A stretch of DNA of 45,648 nt, counting the filler, from Jimgerdemannia flammicorona (taxonomy: Eukaryota), in NCBI GenBank assembly GCA_003990765.1. It is 2 parts of 2 records of this genome, joined end to end, with 100 filler letters (N's around TTAATTAATTAA, not from the genome) between each part and the next. Parts side by side here need not be neighbours in the genome. Positions count along the whole stretch, not along the records: positions 1 to 22,780 come from RBNJ01001206.1; 1 more part is not named here. One strand, given 5' to 3'. A model generated the notes under the pieces. It did no database searches and had not been told where the DNA came from. It saw only the letters and a program-made list of their open reading frames with translations. Both the position numbers and the translations under genes were made by a program. Positions 1 to 12,668 of the stretch are shown here, piece after piece. Position 1 is the first letter of the stretch; each line of letters starts with the position of its first letter.

Positions 1-109
1 AAAAAAAAAAAAAAAAGAGAAATCAACATCTATTTAAGAGGCATGGATGGATGAACTCTGAGGATACCAGTATACATCAATTACCTCAAGATATACCTTT
101 CCCCACATT

Positions 110-625
110 ATGAATTAGAGAGTTGACAACTGCCTTCAGACTCTTGTCCTTAGCTCATTTCAATCACTACTGGTTCCCCTACCCCAATTCTGAGAAGTCA
201 ATGGGAATACTCTCCAGAGAATTCAGATTCATTAAGAGAATCTTGTTCTGGTCAGAAGATTGTTACAGATCTATCAACTTCAGACCCACTATGTGATTGA
301 AGAACAATTGCAGAACCTCCCAGCCCCAGAACAAACATACATCAGAAACACCACTGGACTATTAAGAAGAGATGTCACTGCTGCAGATAGGCTCTACACC
401 CTTTATAAATATAACCCTGCAGCCTTGTTACAAGCACAATTCCCCTGGTTTGATATATGAAGAATAAACCTGACCACCTATCTGAGCATCATCAATGCTG
501 TCAAAATCCTGTTCCCAGAAGAAGAAGAAGAGCCCTTAGAATGGAGCAACTATAGTACAGATAATGAAGATGATGAAACAGATATTGATGCAGAAGATGC
601 TTATTCACACTAAGATGATGACTAA
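110..625 (+). pseudogene. Retroelement accessory ORF3, copy 1 (decayed)
   Basis: Translation (..LQTLVLSSFQSL..LLQIYQLQ..LYTLY..acidic tail) is homologous to 12665-13171 and contains several stops. Confidence 0.8.
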
Positions 626-829
626 AGGACAGTCTGAGGACAGACCATCCTTTAGTGGAGGCTGATGTGATAAACCAAAATGAATTATAACTTAGCCAGA
701 TGATGTGAACAATTAGTAACTTAGTCAGATGATATGAATATAAAGCATAGTAACCAGACATAGCAACCATTGCTACAAATAACTGTATAAATAGTCAGAC
801 TACCAGATAAGATATATCTGTACAAGACC

Positions 830-915
830 TGTACACCTGTGCTAGATCTGCACACCTATGCTAGATTTGCACACCTGTGCTAGACTTGCACACTTATACC
901 AAACCAGTACACTTG
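830..915 (+). repeat. 19-bp tandem repeat (CACACCTGTGCTAGATCTG-like, about 4 copies) in the U3 region of the LTR
   Basis: Seen directly in the sequence. Confidence 0.85.
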
Positions 916-2249
916 TCATAAGTAGTAAATCTAGATAGCAACCACAATGTATAAAATACCCCAGAGACAAGAGTGAATAAACCTCAGTCTGAAAAGTCCA
1001 AATTCAAAGCAAAAGACAAGTCTGCCTATTACACTTTGAGCAGATATGCCTGCCAAAAGCCACTTGATTCAGGAAGGATTGCAATACTTAGGAGAAACAC
1101 CTGCTCTACAGCTACTGCTAGGAGATTGTGAGCATTGGTTCCCTTTTCCACTCTGGTCCACTTTCTGATACAAAGCCTTAGTTCGCTTGCCAGATAAGCC
1201 TGAAGATTTGCCACCAAGTTTAAGGAAGAACTTTGCTGCTATTTGAGTAATATGCTGCTTAAGGAATAAGCCGCCCTTTTTCAAGAAGAAGTCTGCCATG
1301 TTTTTGGTTCACTTGCCAGATAAGCCTGAAGAATCCAAGTTACCCGCATTCCCAGAGAATCTGCCATTCTTGCCACAAGCCAGTCTATCTGATGCAACTT
1401 CGCAGTGGAGCCAGTCTATGATATAACTCCACACAAACAAAGCCAGTCTTTGACATAACTTGCCAAGAATCCGAGTATTATTCCCAGAAGAGCCCACTGA
1501 TTCAAGAAGAATCCGCAACATCTGAGTTATATGCAACATCCAAGTTATCCGATATTCCCAGAAGAACCCTGCCGTTTCAGGAAGAATCTGCATCATCCGA
1601 GTTATCTGAGCTATCTGCGCCATCCGAGTTATTAGTTTGCTCCCAGTGAGCCCAATTCAGAAGAATCCGCGTCATCCGCTATTCCCAGAAGCATCTGCTG
1701 CCAGTACAATTCCCAGTGAGCTGATTCAGAAGAATCCGCACCAAATCGAGTCATCCGCCAAATTGCCAGAACGGAACCCATCGCACTACACAAGATTGTC
1801 ACACAGAAATCGCATAAGGAACCCGCGCTACACAAGATCGTCACACAGAAATTGCATACTTTTGGAGATCGCCGCTCCAGTAAATTACCAGACCGTCACG
1901 CATACCGCGCCACAGACATACAAATCGCCACTACACTCAAAGAACCATCCCAATTAGGAAATCGACACACAAATTGCTTGCAGATATCCAGCTTTGACTA
2001 TTATACCACTAAACACCAAGAACATTTTGTTGCTTTTAACAAAGTAACTGGGGGCTTAAGTTAAACTACATCAACCCCCAACCTTGTAATTTGCCTCCAT
2101 TGAGCCAGGCACATTACAGTAGGTTTACCATATGAATGTTGTTTCAGAGAGTTCAGTGGATATCATTCTACGGGTGGGAAATGACTCAGTTTTACATGGC
2201 ACATCAGGTTTGTTGATGTTATGGGCCCACGTTCATGTATATCAAATGA

Positions 2250-4618
2250 ACTCTTAATAAGATTAAGAGTTAGATTAATCAGATGTTTCCAGATATCTTT
2301 TTTTACTTGATAAAACATATTAGGTATAATTATTAAATAAATGTTTATAAGAGGTAGTTCCCATAGTATATTCTGGAGTTTGGTTGACAGATAATGTAAT
2401 TGTTAGTAAAAAATATTTATTTAAGAATAAGCAAAATGAATATATACAGTTAGTCCCTATAATTCATGCTCTTGAAAATTCTTCTCAGCTATTTTATATT
2501 TATCTTTTGAATAGTAAATCTGTATATTTACAACTACTCTCTATATCTCAAGAACTGTTTATAGAGAATATATCTTATCAAGATATGAAGATTGCAAGTA
2601 AGGAACTATATATTTTGAGCAGACTTAATTTATACAGATCAGATAGATCAAATATATCTCTGGATAATTAACTATAAAGGATATAACTACTAGATAGCAA
2701 TCACAAAGTTTGCTATCAAGTCTGTATATAATAATACTACTATAAAATATATTTGTGATTAGCTATCAAATAAAATTTTTATCTAAACAATTTTGTAATC
2801 ATAAATATTACTTTTTCTCTACTACAGATAGTCTACAAAGTATCCATAACATACATTTATGATATAGAACTACTTTTACATTATAAAAGAAGTCTTTTTT
2901 TGATCTTCTTAGAAGTCTCTTCAATAATTAGAAAATATGCAATTACTGGGAATATATTTCATAAATATACTTACTGAATATGTTTAGAGAGATATCAATA
3001 GAAATATATAGCAGATATATTTTGGTACATCTAAGTAAATTATAATATATTTGATCAATCCCAAGTAATACCAGGATTATTGTTTTACTAAGTGAGAGTT
3101 TTTTCTATAGTTTAAAAAAGGAATTATAGTCTACAAATAGTGAGTATACTGACTAATTACCTATAAACTTAAAATTAATTATTTTTTTACCTATGTTTGC
3201 TACCAAAAATCACTCTAATATATCTTAGAGTACTTTTATATATCATCTGCAGTATATTGTTTCTCTACTTTAAATTTCATATTATTTTTGAACAAAGCAT
3301 TTAACATCAGTTTGTACAGAATAGTAAGTAGATCTCAATAGAATAGTATATATTCACTAGTCCAAGTTTTAGATATATAAGTAATGTTAAAAACTTTGTA
3401 ATTGAAGGGCTAATTTGAAAAAGAGAATTACTGAATATTCATTTATTTAATAGGAACATTAACTGTTTAATTATATATTACTCTATTTTTGACTACTATA
3501 TTTAAAGGTTTTATTATCTCTTTTGAGTTTATGAACTAGAGAGACCTATTTGTAATTAAAATTCTTCTATCTACAAATATATTAAGAAGTTCATCTGCAA
3601 CCTTTCAGAATATATTTCCACTTCAAAACAATAGATTTGTGAGCCAAATTTCTCTATCATTCTTTCAAGAATATAAAGAATTATTTATATCAGTTATATA
3701 TAGATATCTATTCAAGTTTAGAAGTAAATTTATTATACTGTATAAATGCTTCCTTGCTATTGATAATCTGATCACTAGTTGGTTTATAGATAATATGATC
3801 CTTGCTGAACTCTAATATAGTAGATGGGCTTCTCTGATCTTAAATTAAGTTGTCATTCTCTCTGAATGATTGTCTTTTCTCTTGATTTGAATTGTTATTT
3901 TTGCTGAATAATGAGCTTTCTTGTTCTTAAATTGAAGATAGGTTATTACTGCTGATATTATCTTTAATTATATATATATGTTTAGTATAATTATCTAAAA
4001 TCTTCTAAGTTTATTTATGTGGATTGCTTGAACTTGAAATATATATGAAATTTAAGATTGACTCATAAACTGTAGATGAATTTGTAGATAATAGTAGTAT
4101 AATATTAAAGTTACTAAAATCTTATTAAACTGAAAATTCAAGAATAGACTTGTTATTTAGATATTATATAAGTATATCATATATCTTGTAAATATATCTA
4201 GTTAATCCTAAGATAGATTTGTACTTTAGATTGTAGTATGAGTAAGAAAGCTTTATATTTATATTAAATTTGAAAAGTAGAGAAGGATTTGAAGTGTAAT
4301 ATTTTGAGTTTAGGAATTTTAACAGTAAGTTCATTAGTAAGTTTGTAATTAAAAAATATATTGGTCTAAAATAGAATTCTTTATCTGATTGGCTTTGTAC
4401 TTTTGTACTTATATAATATACTTATACTTACTTAATATACTTGTACTTGCTTAATGCTCTTGTACTTACTTAATATACTTACACTTGCTTAATGTGCTTA
4501 TACTTGCTTAATATACTTACTCTTATATATATCATCATATTAACTAAACTCATTATATTGTTATATTAACTAAATATAAGTAAGTTCTCACTTATTAGAC
4601 TTTCTGATATCTATATAT
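2250..4618. mobile_element. Extremely AT-rich, CpG-free decayed repeat (older element) into which the Gypsy inserted; continues at 14278-15926
   Basis: Strong TA enrichment and no intact ORFs. The ATAT target-site duplication shows the two blocks were contiguous before the insertion. Family not identifiable. Confidence 0.5.
4405..4520 (+). repeat. 19-bp tandem repeat (TACTTGCTTAATATACTTG-like, about 6 copies)
   Basis: Seen directly in the sequence. Confidence 0.8.
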
Positions 4619-5685
4619 TATGACAATCCATAAAACCACAGCACCTAAAAAACTTAGCCAGATGATGCAAACATTAGCACAGCATAGTAACTAGTAACCA
4701 CTGCTATAGAAAATGTATAAATAACCCAGATAGCTAAAGAAAGAAAAACCCTAACAGTAGCTGTCACCCTGACAGTAGCTGTCACTCTGACAGCAAATAT
4801 CACCCCATAAATAGCATTCTATAGTTAGTCAGATAGTGACCAAGATAGCAACCATAATGTATAAAATACCTTAGAGATAAGAGTGAATAAACCTCAGTTC
4901 TGAAATAGAAAGCAAAATACAAGTCTGCCTACTACACTTTAAGAGATATGCCTGCCAAAAGCCACTTGATCCAGGAAGGATTGCAATACTTAGGAGAAAT
5001 GCCTGCTCTATAGCCACTACTAGGAGATTGCAAGCTTTGTCCCTTTCCCACTTCAGTCTACTTTCTATTATAAAGAACAAGTCTGTTTTGATTCATTTGC
5101 CAGATAAGCCCAAAGAATCTGAGGTTGCCTCCCAAATTCAAGAAAGAACTTCACAGCCTTTTGAGTAATCTGCTGCTTGAGGAATAAGCCACTGTTTTCA
5201 ACTACCATTTAAGAAAATCTGCCATATTTTGTCTGCTGATCTGCATCATTCTATATCCTATCCACCAATCCACTGCATTCTGCTGCACTACAACCCACAC
5301 TGTTCTAGTGAACTGCACTTAAGAAACCTGCCATATTTAGTCTGCCATCAGAAAAGGAACCTGATTGCCATCACACCAGTAACCTGATTTCCAGAGAACC
5401 TGCACTTTTAAGGAAATCAGCTAAATTCACTATACATAAGATAGCCATGTCATATGAATTAGTTTGCTGCCTAAGAAGGAAACCCATTCACATACAAAAG
5501 ACCAACAACCCAAGAATGCCACCAAATTAGGAAGTTGTATACAAGAATTCTCCAGTTTGAATATTGTACCACTAGACACAATACCTGAACATTTTGTTGC
5601 TTTTGACAAAGTAACTGGGGGCTCAAGCCAATCTATACAGCCACCCAACCTTGTAATTTGCCTCTATTGAGCCAGGCATATTATA
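4619..5685 (+). repeat. 5' LTR
   Basis: Co-linear with 13211-14277. Termini TA..TA are mutated from TG..CA. Confidence 0.95.
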
Positions 5686-5687
5686 TT

Positions 5688-5704
5688 TGGGGGCCCAACT
5701 GAGA
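5688..5704 (+). promoter_or_regulatory. Primer-binding site, probably for tRNA-Pro
   Basis: TGGGGGCCCAACTGAGA lies 2 nt after the 5' LTR. A TGGGGGC start is complementary to the 3' end (..GCCCCCA) typical of tRNA-Pro. Confidence 0.7.
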
Positions 5705-5789
5705 AGATTTCAAAATTGACATAACTTTTCAGCTCATAAGAACCCACAGTCAAACTGAATACATTTGACACAATACCAACCTCTGCCAC

Positions 5790-7200
5790 TATAGAAGAAC
5801 CAGTCATCACCAGCATTTAGACAGGAAGAGAAGTAATCACATCAAGACTTACCAACTATCTAGCATCAGAAGGATCCCAACCAGAACCAGAAGGCAGTGC
5901 AGCCTGAAATCCCCAACCAGATCAATCAGACAATATAGGCAGTCCTGCTAGAGATTTCAAAGAACTTGCACAAGAACTAGAAGATTTTATTATACAAACC
6001 TGAGACCTTACAGCCAGACACCCCATACCCATCCCACTAATTTCACCAATAAAACCTTTACCACAATCCCTTGCAGAGTTAGAAGTAGCTCCTACAAGAA
6101 TACCTAGACTTATTCCACTTTGTCCAAGGTCCAGAACACCATCCTCAAGATACCCAAGCACTCCCATCTCTAGTGACAGCTCAGAAAGCAAATCAGAATC
6201 AGAATCTGAACCCAAACCAGAGTCAGAAAAAAGTAACAAAGAAATGGCCACCTCATTGCCAACCTTTGCAGGATATCTGGAAGAAGATCTCAGAGAATTT
6301 CTTGATGGAATTGAAGGAATCACAGTCTTGAGAAATCTCTCAAATGAAAGAAAAATCACAATCTACAAGACTCAGCTCAGAGAACTAGCCAGTGGAATTT
6401 TCCATTGAACAGCAAATAACCCAAATTCAGAACTGGTGAGACAGATACAAGTAGCAATGTCTTATGAGCTAGAATATGAGGCTATGATCCACTGGCTTAT
6501 TGAAAAGTATACAGGAAATGAAACCTGTCACAAGGCTTAGGAATTCATCATAGAGATGAAGATGAATCTTGGAGAATTACCCAGAGCCTTCTTCACAAGA
6601 ATCTAGAAGAGAATGCATGCTGCCAGGTTCAATGCCACCAACCAGGATATCATCAGTCCATGACCTTCATGAATGGAATTCTCCCAAACATTACCCAGCA
6701 TGTTCATACCCTAGGCATCAGAAGGTCTGAAGAGCAAGTAGATGCAGCCCAAGGATTCTTTGATATCAGACAAGGAACTACCTGGAGTGATCATGATAGG
6801 AAAGAAGAGAAAGAAGACATCCTGGTCAAAGCCCTATAAGGACTCCTTCAAGGACAAGAAAGATCTGAAGAAAGAAGACCAGCCAAGGAAGAAAGAAAGG
6901 ACAGAAGTGAAATCCAAGACCTTAGCTCCAACTTGAACTGATTGGTTGGACAGATTGAAAAACTCACTACACATGAAAATTGGAGCTACCAAGACAACAA
7001 AGGATATCCACCACAGAGGAGCCAAGGCTATACACCAAGAGATAACAGGAATTACCAGCATGAAGAAAGAAGGTACCCTGTCCAAGACAGAACCTAAGTC
7101 CAATGCTTCCACTATAGACAATTTGGACACTATGCCACTAAATGTAACAACAAAAGAAGTGACTGAAGGGACTCAGAACTACTAAACTGAAGGAATGACA
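5790..7200 (+). pseudogene. gag: gag (capsid region plus CCHC zinc knuckle), with stops and frameshifts
   Basis: LPTFAGYLEEDLREFLDGIE at ~6255 is capsid-like. CFH(Y)RQFGHYATKC at ~7103-7145 is a decayed CX2CX4HX4C knuckle. The start coordinate is approximate. Confidence 0.8.
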
Positions 7201-7749
7201 CTCAGTACAAGAAGACTGAAGTCCATTCTGTAGAAGATTTCGAGGAAGCAAGCAACAGTGAAGACTATAGTGACCTAGACTTATACCCTATTCAGGACAC
7301 CTCCCAAAAAACAGTTTACCCAGCAGAGAAAAGGAAGAGACCTGTGGGAAGGCCATCCAGGAACATCAGCAGAATAATCATCCAAGAAGAAGATGAAGAA
7401 CATGAGGAAGAACAAGTAGAAACACCTCCCCAAACCCCCTCACCTTTTGTCTCTGAGATAAACAAGTTGCCACCAGAAGATGAAAAAATGGAATAAGAGG
7501 AATGGGAACCTGTTACTCCAAAGCCCAAGAAAAGGTACACCCCAAAGACCATGCCTAGAGACATCTACAATAAAGCCTGGCAGAAGATCCAAGAGGTCAA
7601 GATGGAAGTCCCTCTCCTGCAGTTCCTGCAACTGACACCAGCTGGAGTCCGAAACAAATTTCTGAGAACCACCAGGTCTAGCACTGGCCAAGTCCCAATC
7701 CCACAGCAAGAACCAGTTCCCATCCCTGTCCAGATAGCTGAAAGACATG

Positions 7750-8120
7750 TCAGCACCTACCTACATGGAGATATTAGAGGACAAAAGGCAAAGATCCTCA
7801 TAGACACAGGAGCAGCTATCTGTGTCATTGCCAAATGGTTCCTGGATACCCTCCAATGGCCCATTGATGGACCATCCAACCTCAGCATCATAGTAGCAGA
7901 TGGAGCCCAAACTCAACCCCTTGGAGAAGTATGAAACATCACCATCTCTCTTAGATACATTCAGTTCTCAATCCCCAAAGCTGTTGTCACCAAATCTGTC
8001 ACCTATAACATTATTCTTGGCACCAACTGGATGAAGGAAATGAATGCAGTTGTTGATATTGGCCAATAAGTACTCAAGTTTGATTACCGAGACAAGAAGT
8101 ACAGAGTTAAGGTGACCAGC
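7750..8120 (+). pseudogene. Retropepsin aspartic protease domain of pol
   Basis: AKILIDTGAAICVI (DTGA at 7803-7814) with downstream IILGTNW. Confidence 0.92.
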
Positions 8121-9429
8121 TATGAGCAATTAAAGAAGAAGAAGAAGGTCACTATTCAGGAAGAATATGCCAGTAATGAAGAATCTACCACAGAAGAAGA
8201 AGAAGAATCTGAAGATGGAAATGATCCCAGACTTAATCCCTGAATTAATCTGGTGGATGACAGACCAGAAGACAATGTGTGGGCAAAAAACACTATCCCC
8301 ATTACCATTGAAGCTATTGCAGGAGAAATTAAAGGATGTCTTATCTGTCTCAAAAGACACAAGTGTCCTGAGCATTCCTCCAAGATCATGGGAATAAGGA
8401 AATCGCCTGGCACAGCCTGCCCAGAGTACAGAAAGAAGAAGAAGAAATGCAGACATATTCCAGAGACACCTGCAACCAAAGCTGCAGACGTACAAGCCAT
8501 CTGGGGTCAAGAATTATCCGAGGAAGAAGAAACTCTGACCAAGAAGTTCCTGAACAGAAAGCACCTGAAGAAGAAGAGGTCCCCAAACTCATCCCCTGGG
8601 ACAACCCTTACTGGACACCACCTGAAGACAATGATCCTTAGAATACAGAAGAAGGACTCAGTATAATCACCATTATCTCCAAGAAAGAAACTCACCAAGA
8701 TAGGGCTTTTTGGCTAGGAAGATGTCTACACCAAATGGTCTTCCACTCTCCTCAAGACTACTGCTATCAGTGCCATTTACTAGACCAACAGGAGAGACAG
8801 AAACCCCAGAGACCAGAACCCCTGAACACACTTACACAGTCAACTACCTTCCAAGAAGTTACCACCAAGTTGCAAAGCTGATTCAGGGGACAAGGCTTCT
8901 TCACTTGAACAGAAATATATCCCTTGTCTACTCTTTCACCTATCTACAACCAAGATGGGCACTGATTCTCAAGACAATAAGAGATCAATAACCAGAAACA
9001 TCATTTTCAAGCAATGGGATATTGTAACCATAAAAAACACCTGGACTACTGAGACTGCAGGCATCAGAAGACATCTCAGTCATGATGTTACAGTTCACAC
9101 CTTGAAGAGAGGAGATAACCAAAGCCAGATCCAAAAAAGCCAGACCCGAAAAAGCCAGATCAAAAAGCCAGGAAAAAGAATCCTCAAGATTTATGATTTA
9201 GGAGAAGACATCCTAGCTCTTATCAGACATGCAACCTGCCAAGGATGGGCAGAAGATGCCACCAACTTCATGGAAGCCCTTGACCCTATAGGAAGAAGGG
9301 AAATCAACTATCTCTGAGACCCCTCTACTGAAGCCAGATGGCCACACCTCAACCTTAGAGCTTGGAGGCTCTTCACTAGTGGAGCTTCAGCCTTAGGAAA
9401 ACCTGAACTCAGCAAGGATATTGCCCAGA

Positions 9430-9835
9430 ATGCCCTGCTGCACCCCAAGGCCAAACCCCCAACCAAAGCCCACCCAGAGGATGTAGGATATGATCTTCAC
9501 AGCCTGGAGGACAAATCTATCAAGCCTGGAAAAACCTTCATGATCAGAACTGGATTAGCAATGCAGCTACCCCAAGGAGCTTACATCTAACTGACCTCAA
9601 GGTCTGGACTTGCCAGACAAGGAATAACCATAGAAGGAGGAACCATTGATCCAGGATATACAGGCAAAATCAAGGTTATCTTACACAATAGTAGTGCAGA
9701 ATGACACCAACTCATTAGAGGACAGAAGATTGCCCAAGCAGTCTTCATGAAAGTCAAGACTCCACAGTTACAAGAAGTCTCTAAACTAACTGAAGAAACA
9801 AGACAAGTCAAGAGATTTGGAAGTTCAGACAGGAA
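9430..9835 (+). pseudogene. dut: dUTPase domain embedded in pol between protease and RT
   Basis: All five trimeric dUTPase motifs in one frame, with two stops: DVGYDL, TSRSGLA, GGTIDPGYTG, GQKIAQAV, RQVKRFGSS. Confidence 0.93.
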
Positions 9836-10239
9836 GAAAGTACACCTCTTTCAAGTCAACTACCTCAAAAGGAATGTTCCCCAGCAAGTGTACCAGCAAC
9901 CTGTCAGACTGCATAAGAATCTTATCCTGGAGCCTGGAGAACAAACAACCTTCGAAATCTTTGCACCACCTGACCCCAGAAATCTTTTCTTTGAACCCAA
10001 GGAAGATATTCCCCATCTGGATATAGAGGGACACACATTCACCAACAAGATGAACCCAGTACACTCCTGAGCAACCAACCAAAGTTGGGAAACCATCATC
10101 TTGCTAAAAGGAACCATCATAGGACACCTGGTACCTTTTCTCAACCGAACTCATAGAGAAGTTTATGAACTAAACCTATCAGGAAATGGCAAAGGGTCCC
10201 AGAAAAAAGGAAAGGCCCCTCTGCGACCCAGGAGACAGT

Positions 10240-11200
10240 GAAGCATTGGAGAAGAATTGACACCTCAACAATAACAACAACTAGTAGAACTTCTCAATAA
10301 ATATCAAGATATCTTCACCACTGATTATGGCAACCTGCCATACAATCCATCATATCACTATAGCATAAATACAGGAAATGCAATACCCATCTATAGAATA
10401 CCCCATCACTTGAAAATATTTAAAAAGGAGTACATCCAAGAACTCTTAGACAATGGAGCCATCTGACCCTCTACCAGCCCCTGGGCTAGCCCTATACTTA
10501 TTGTACCAAAGAAAGGAGGATGGAGACTCTGTGTAGATTATAGGAAACTCAATTCAGTCACCAAAAAGAATGCCTATTCTTTGCCCAGAATCAATGATCT
10601 TTTGGATCAGTTATAAGATACCAGATACTTCAGTAGTATGGACCTCTTTACAGGATTCCATGAAATCCCCATGGACCCAAAAGACATTCAAAGACAGCCT
10701 TTCTTGCTCTAGGAAAACTGTTTGAATACCTCTGAATGCCCTTTGGACTTTGCAATGTACCCCTCACCTTTCAGAGGATGATGAATTCAGTCTATGCTCC
10801 CTTGATCCACTACTGCCTGATTGTATACATGGATGATTCTAACATCTATTCAGCAAATTTCGAAAAACACCTACACTACCTAAAGGAATACTTCAAGCTC
10901 ACCCACAAGAACCACTTGAGTCTGAATGCAAAAAAATGCTACTTTGGGAAACAGAAACTCAAATTCCTTAGATTTATAGTTTCAAAAGAAGGAACCCATA
11001 CAGACCCAAAGAAAACAGAAAAAATTAACAATTGGCTAGCACCCAAGACCCTGAAGGAAACATTATCATTCCTGATGCTAGTATCTTACTACAGAAGGTT
11101 CATCAAGGATTTTGCCCAAATTGCTGCTCCAATCCGAATTCTTCTCAAGAAAGGAGTGCCATTTAAGTAGACAGAATCACAAGAAACAGCCTTCAAAGAA
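10240..11200 (+). pseudogene. Reverse transcriptase domain (Ty3/Gypsy type)
   Basis: [37 protein letters not shown] (10826-10837), YYRRFIKDFA. Contains stops and a frameshift. Confidence 0.97.
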
Positions 11201-11212
11201 CTCAAGAACTGT

Positions 11213-11600
11213 ATGACTACAGCACCAATCCTTGTCCACCTCAATCTACAGAAGCCATTCATCTTGTATACAGATGCTTCTAAAGATGGCCTAGAAGCAG
11301 TTCTAGCCCAAGAAGAACCTGATCAACAACACCATGTAATAGCTTATATAAGTAGAACTACCAATCAGCAACAGATGAACTATGGTAGCACCAAACTAGA
11401 ATACCTTGCAGTCATATAGATGGTCACATTGTTCAAGCATTACCTTATCAGAAAAAAGTTCACCCTGATCACAGACTATACAGCCCTCAAATGGCTATTC
11501 AACTACAAGAAACCTACCTTATCCTTCAGAATTACAAAATCACCATCATCCACAAAGCAGGGAAAGCCCACAACAATGTTGATGTACTTTCCTGCCAACC
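11213..11600 (+). pseudogene. RNase H domain
   Basis: PFILYTDAS, NYGSTKLEYLAV, FTLITDYTALKWL. Confidence 0.93.
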
Positions 11601-11689
11601 CCAATGAACTAGAAGATGGGTGTCCCAAGGAACTACACCCTAAAGGAAGCTCCTCAGACCATCAAGGCACAAGAAGATCTCATCTGAAA

Positions 11690-12668
11690 AGAACATCAGA
11701 AAGCCCACCAAGGATAGACAAGTACAGAAGACAAGATTCAAAAACTGTATCAATACTGGCCCCACCTCAGGACCCAAGTCCAAGACATTATCCAGAAATG
11801 TGATACTTGCCAGAAGTACCAAGGAAAGAAGAACTATCAAGCCCCTTTACAACTGATTTCCCCACCAACTCACATCTTTCAGAGATGGAGAGTAGACATA
11901 ATAGGACCCCTGCCAATAACACTAAAACAAAACAGATATATTTTAGTATTTGTTGAACACTTGACCAAATAGCCTGAAGCATATCCCATGGAGATTGCAG
12001 ATGTCCTTTCCATCATTGGACATTTTCATGACCTTGCTCTCTGATATGAACCCTCTGAAGAACTCATCTCTGATAGAGGAACTGAATTTGTGAATAACAT
12101 AATCTCAAGTTATGCACAAATTCATAGGATCCACCTGAAATAAACCACCTCTTATCACCCTCAGACCAATGGAATGACCAAAAGAATGAACCAGACCATC
12201 AAGAAAGAACTTGTCTGAGTCAACCCTACTAATTGGGACCTCTGCTTACCTGAGATCTTATGGGAAATCCAAAATACCCCTGCTGCATCAATCAAACAAA
12301 AGTCCTTTGAAATGATGTTTGCTAAGAAGACTAGAACTGCTGACTATGAGAACCTCAGAAAGCTTCTTGAAAAAGGAGATCAGCTGTGAAATGAAGCTCA
12401 AACTCAGATTATCAAGACCTAGGAAAGACAAAAGAAGTATTATGACCAGAAATAGAGGGATCAGAAGATCAAGATTAGTAATCAAGTTCTAGTTTGGAGA
12501 AGCATGATAGAAGCAAACTTTGTCACTAAACTGGAACTAAAATAGGAAGGACTATATCTTGTATACAACATCAGAGGAACCAGCATCTATATAAGAAGCA
12601 TGAATAGACATGTCTTGAGAACTCCAGTTTATATCAATTACCTCAAGATATATCTGTACAAACCATGA
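11690..12668 (+). pseudogene. Integrase (HHCC, DDE core, GPY/F and SH3-like tail; no chromodomain)
   Basis: EHQKAHQG..YWPHLRTQVQDIIQKCDTC, VDIIGP, LISDRGTEF, TTSYHPQTNG, EGLY. Stop TGA at 12666-12668. Confidence 0.93.

Larger units (their letters stand above)
16..2118 (+). mobile_element. 3' end of a Ty3/Gypsy retrotransposon copy: integrase C-terminus, decayed ORF3, PPT and 3' LTR (666-2118)
   Basis: Bases 16-665 align by eye with 12580-13210. The LTR starts TGTGA at 666 after TTAGTGGAGGCTGA and ends GGCACATTACA at 2118. It shares diagnostic LTR motifs such as GTATAAAATACCCCAGAGACAAGAGTGAATAAACCTCAG. Confidence 0.9.

Noticed and set aside
1029..2064. Several 60-106 aa ORFs inside the LTR (similar ones at 16258-16722 and 19305-19678)
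   Set aside because: They arise from low-complexity LTR repeats and are not conserved in frame between LTR copies.
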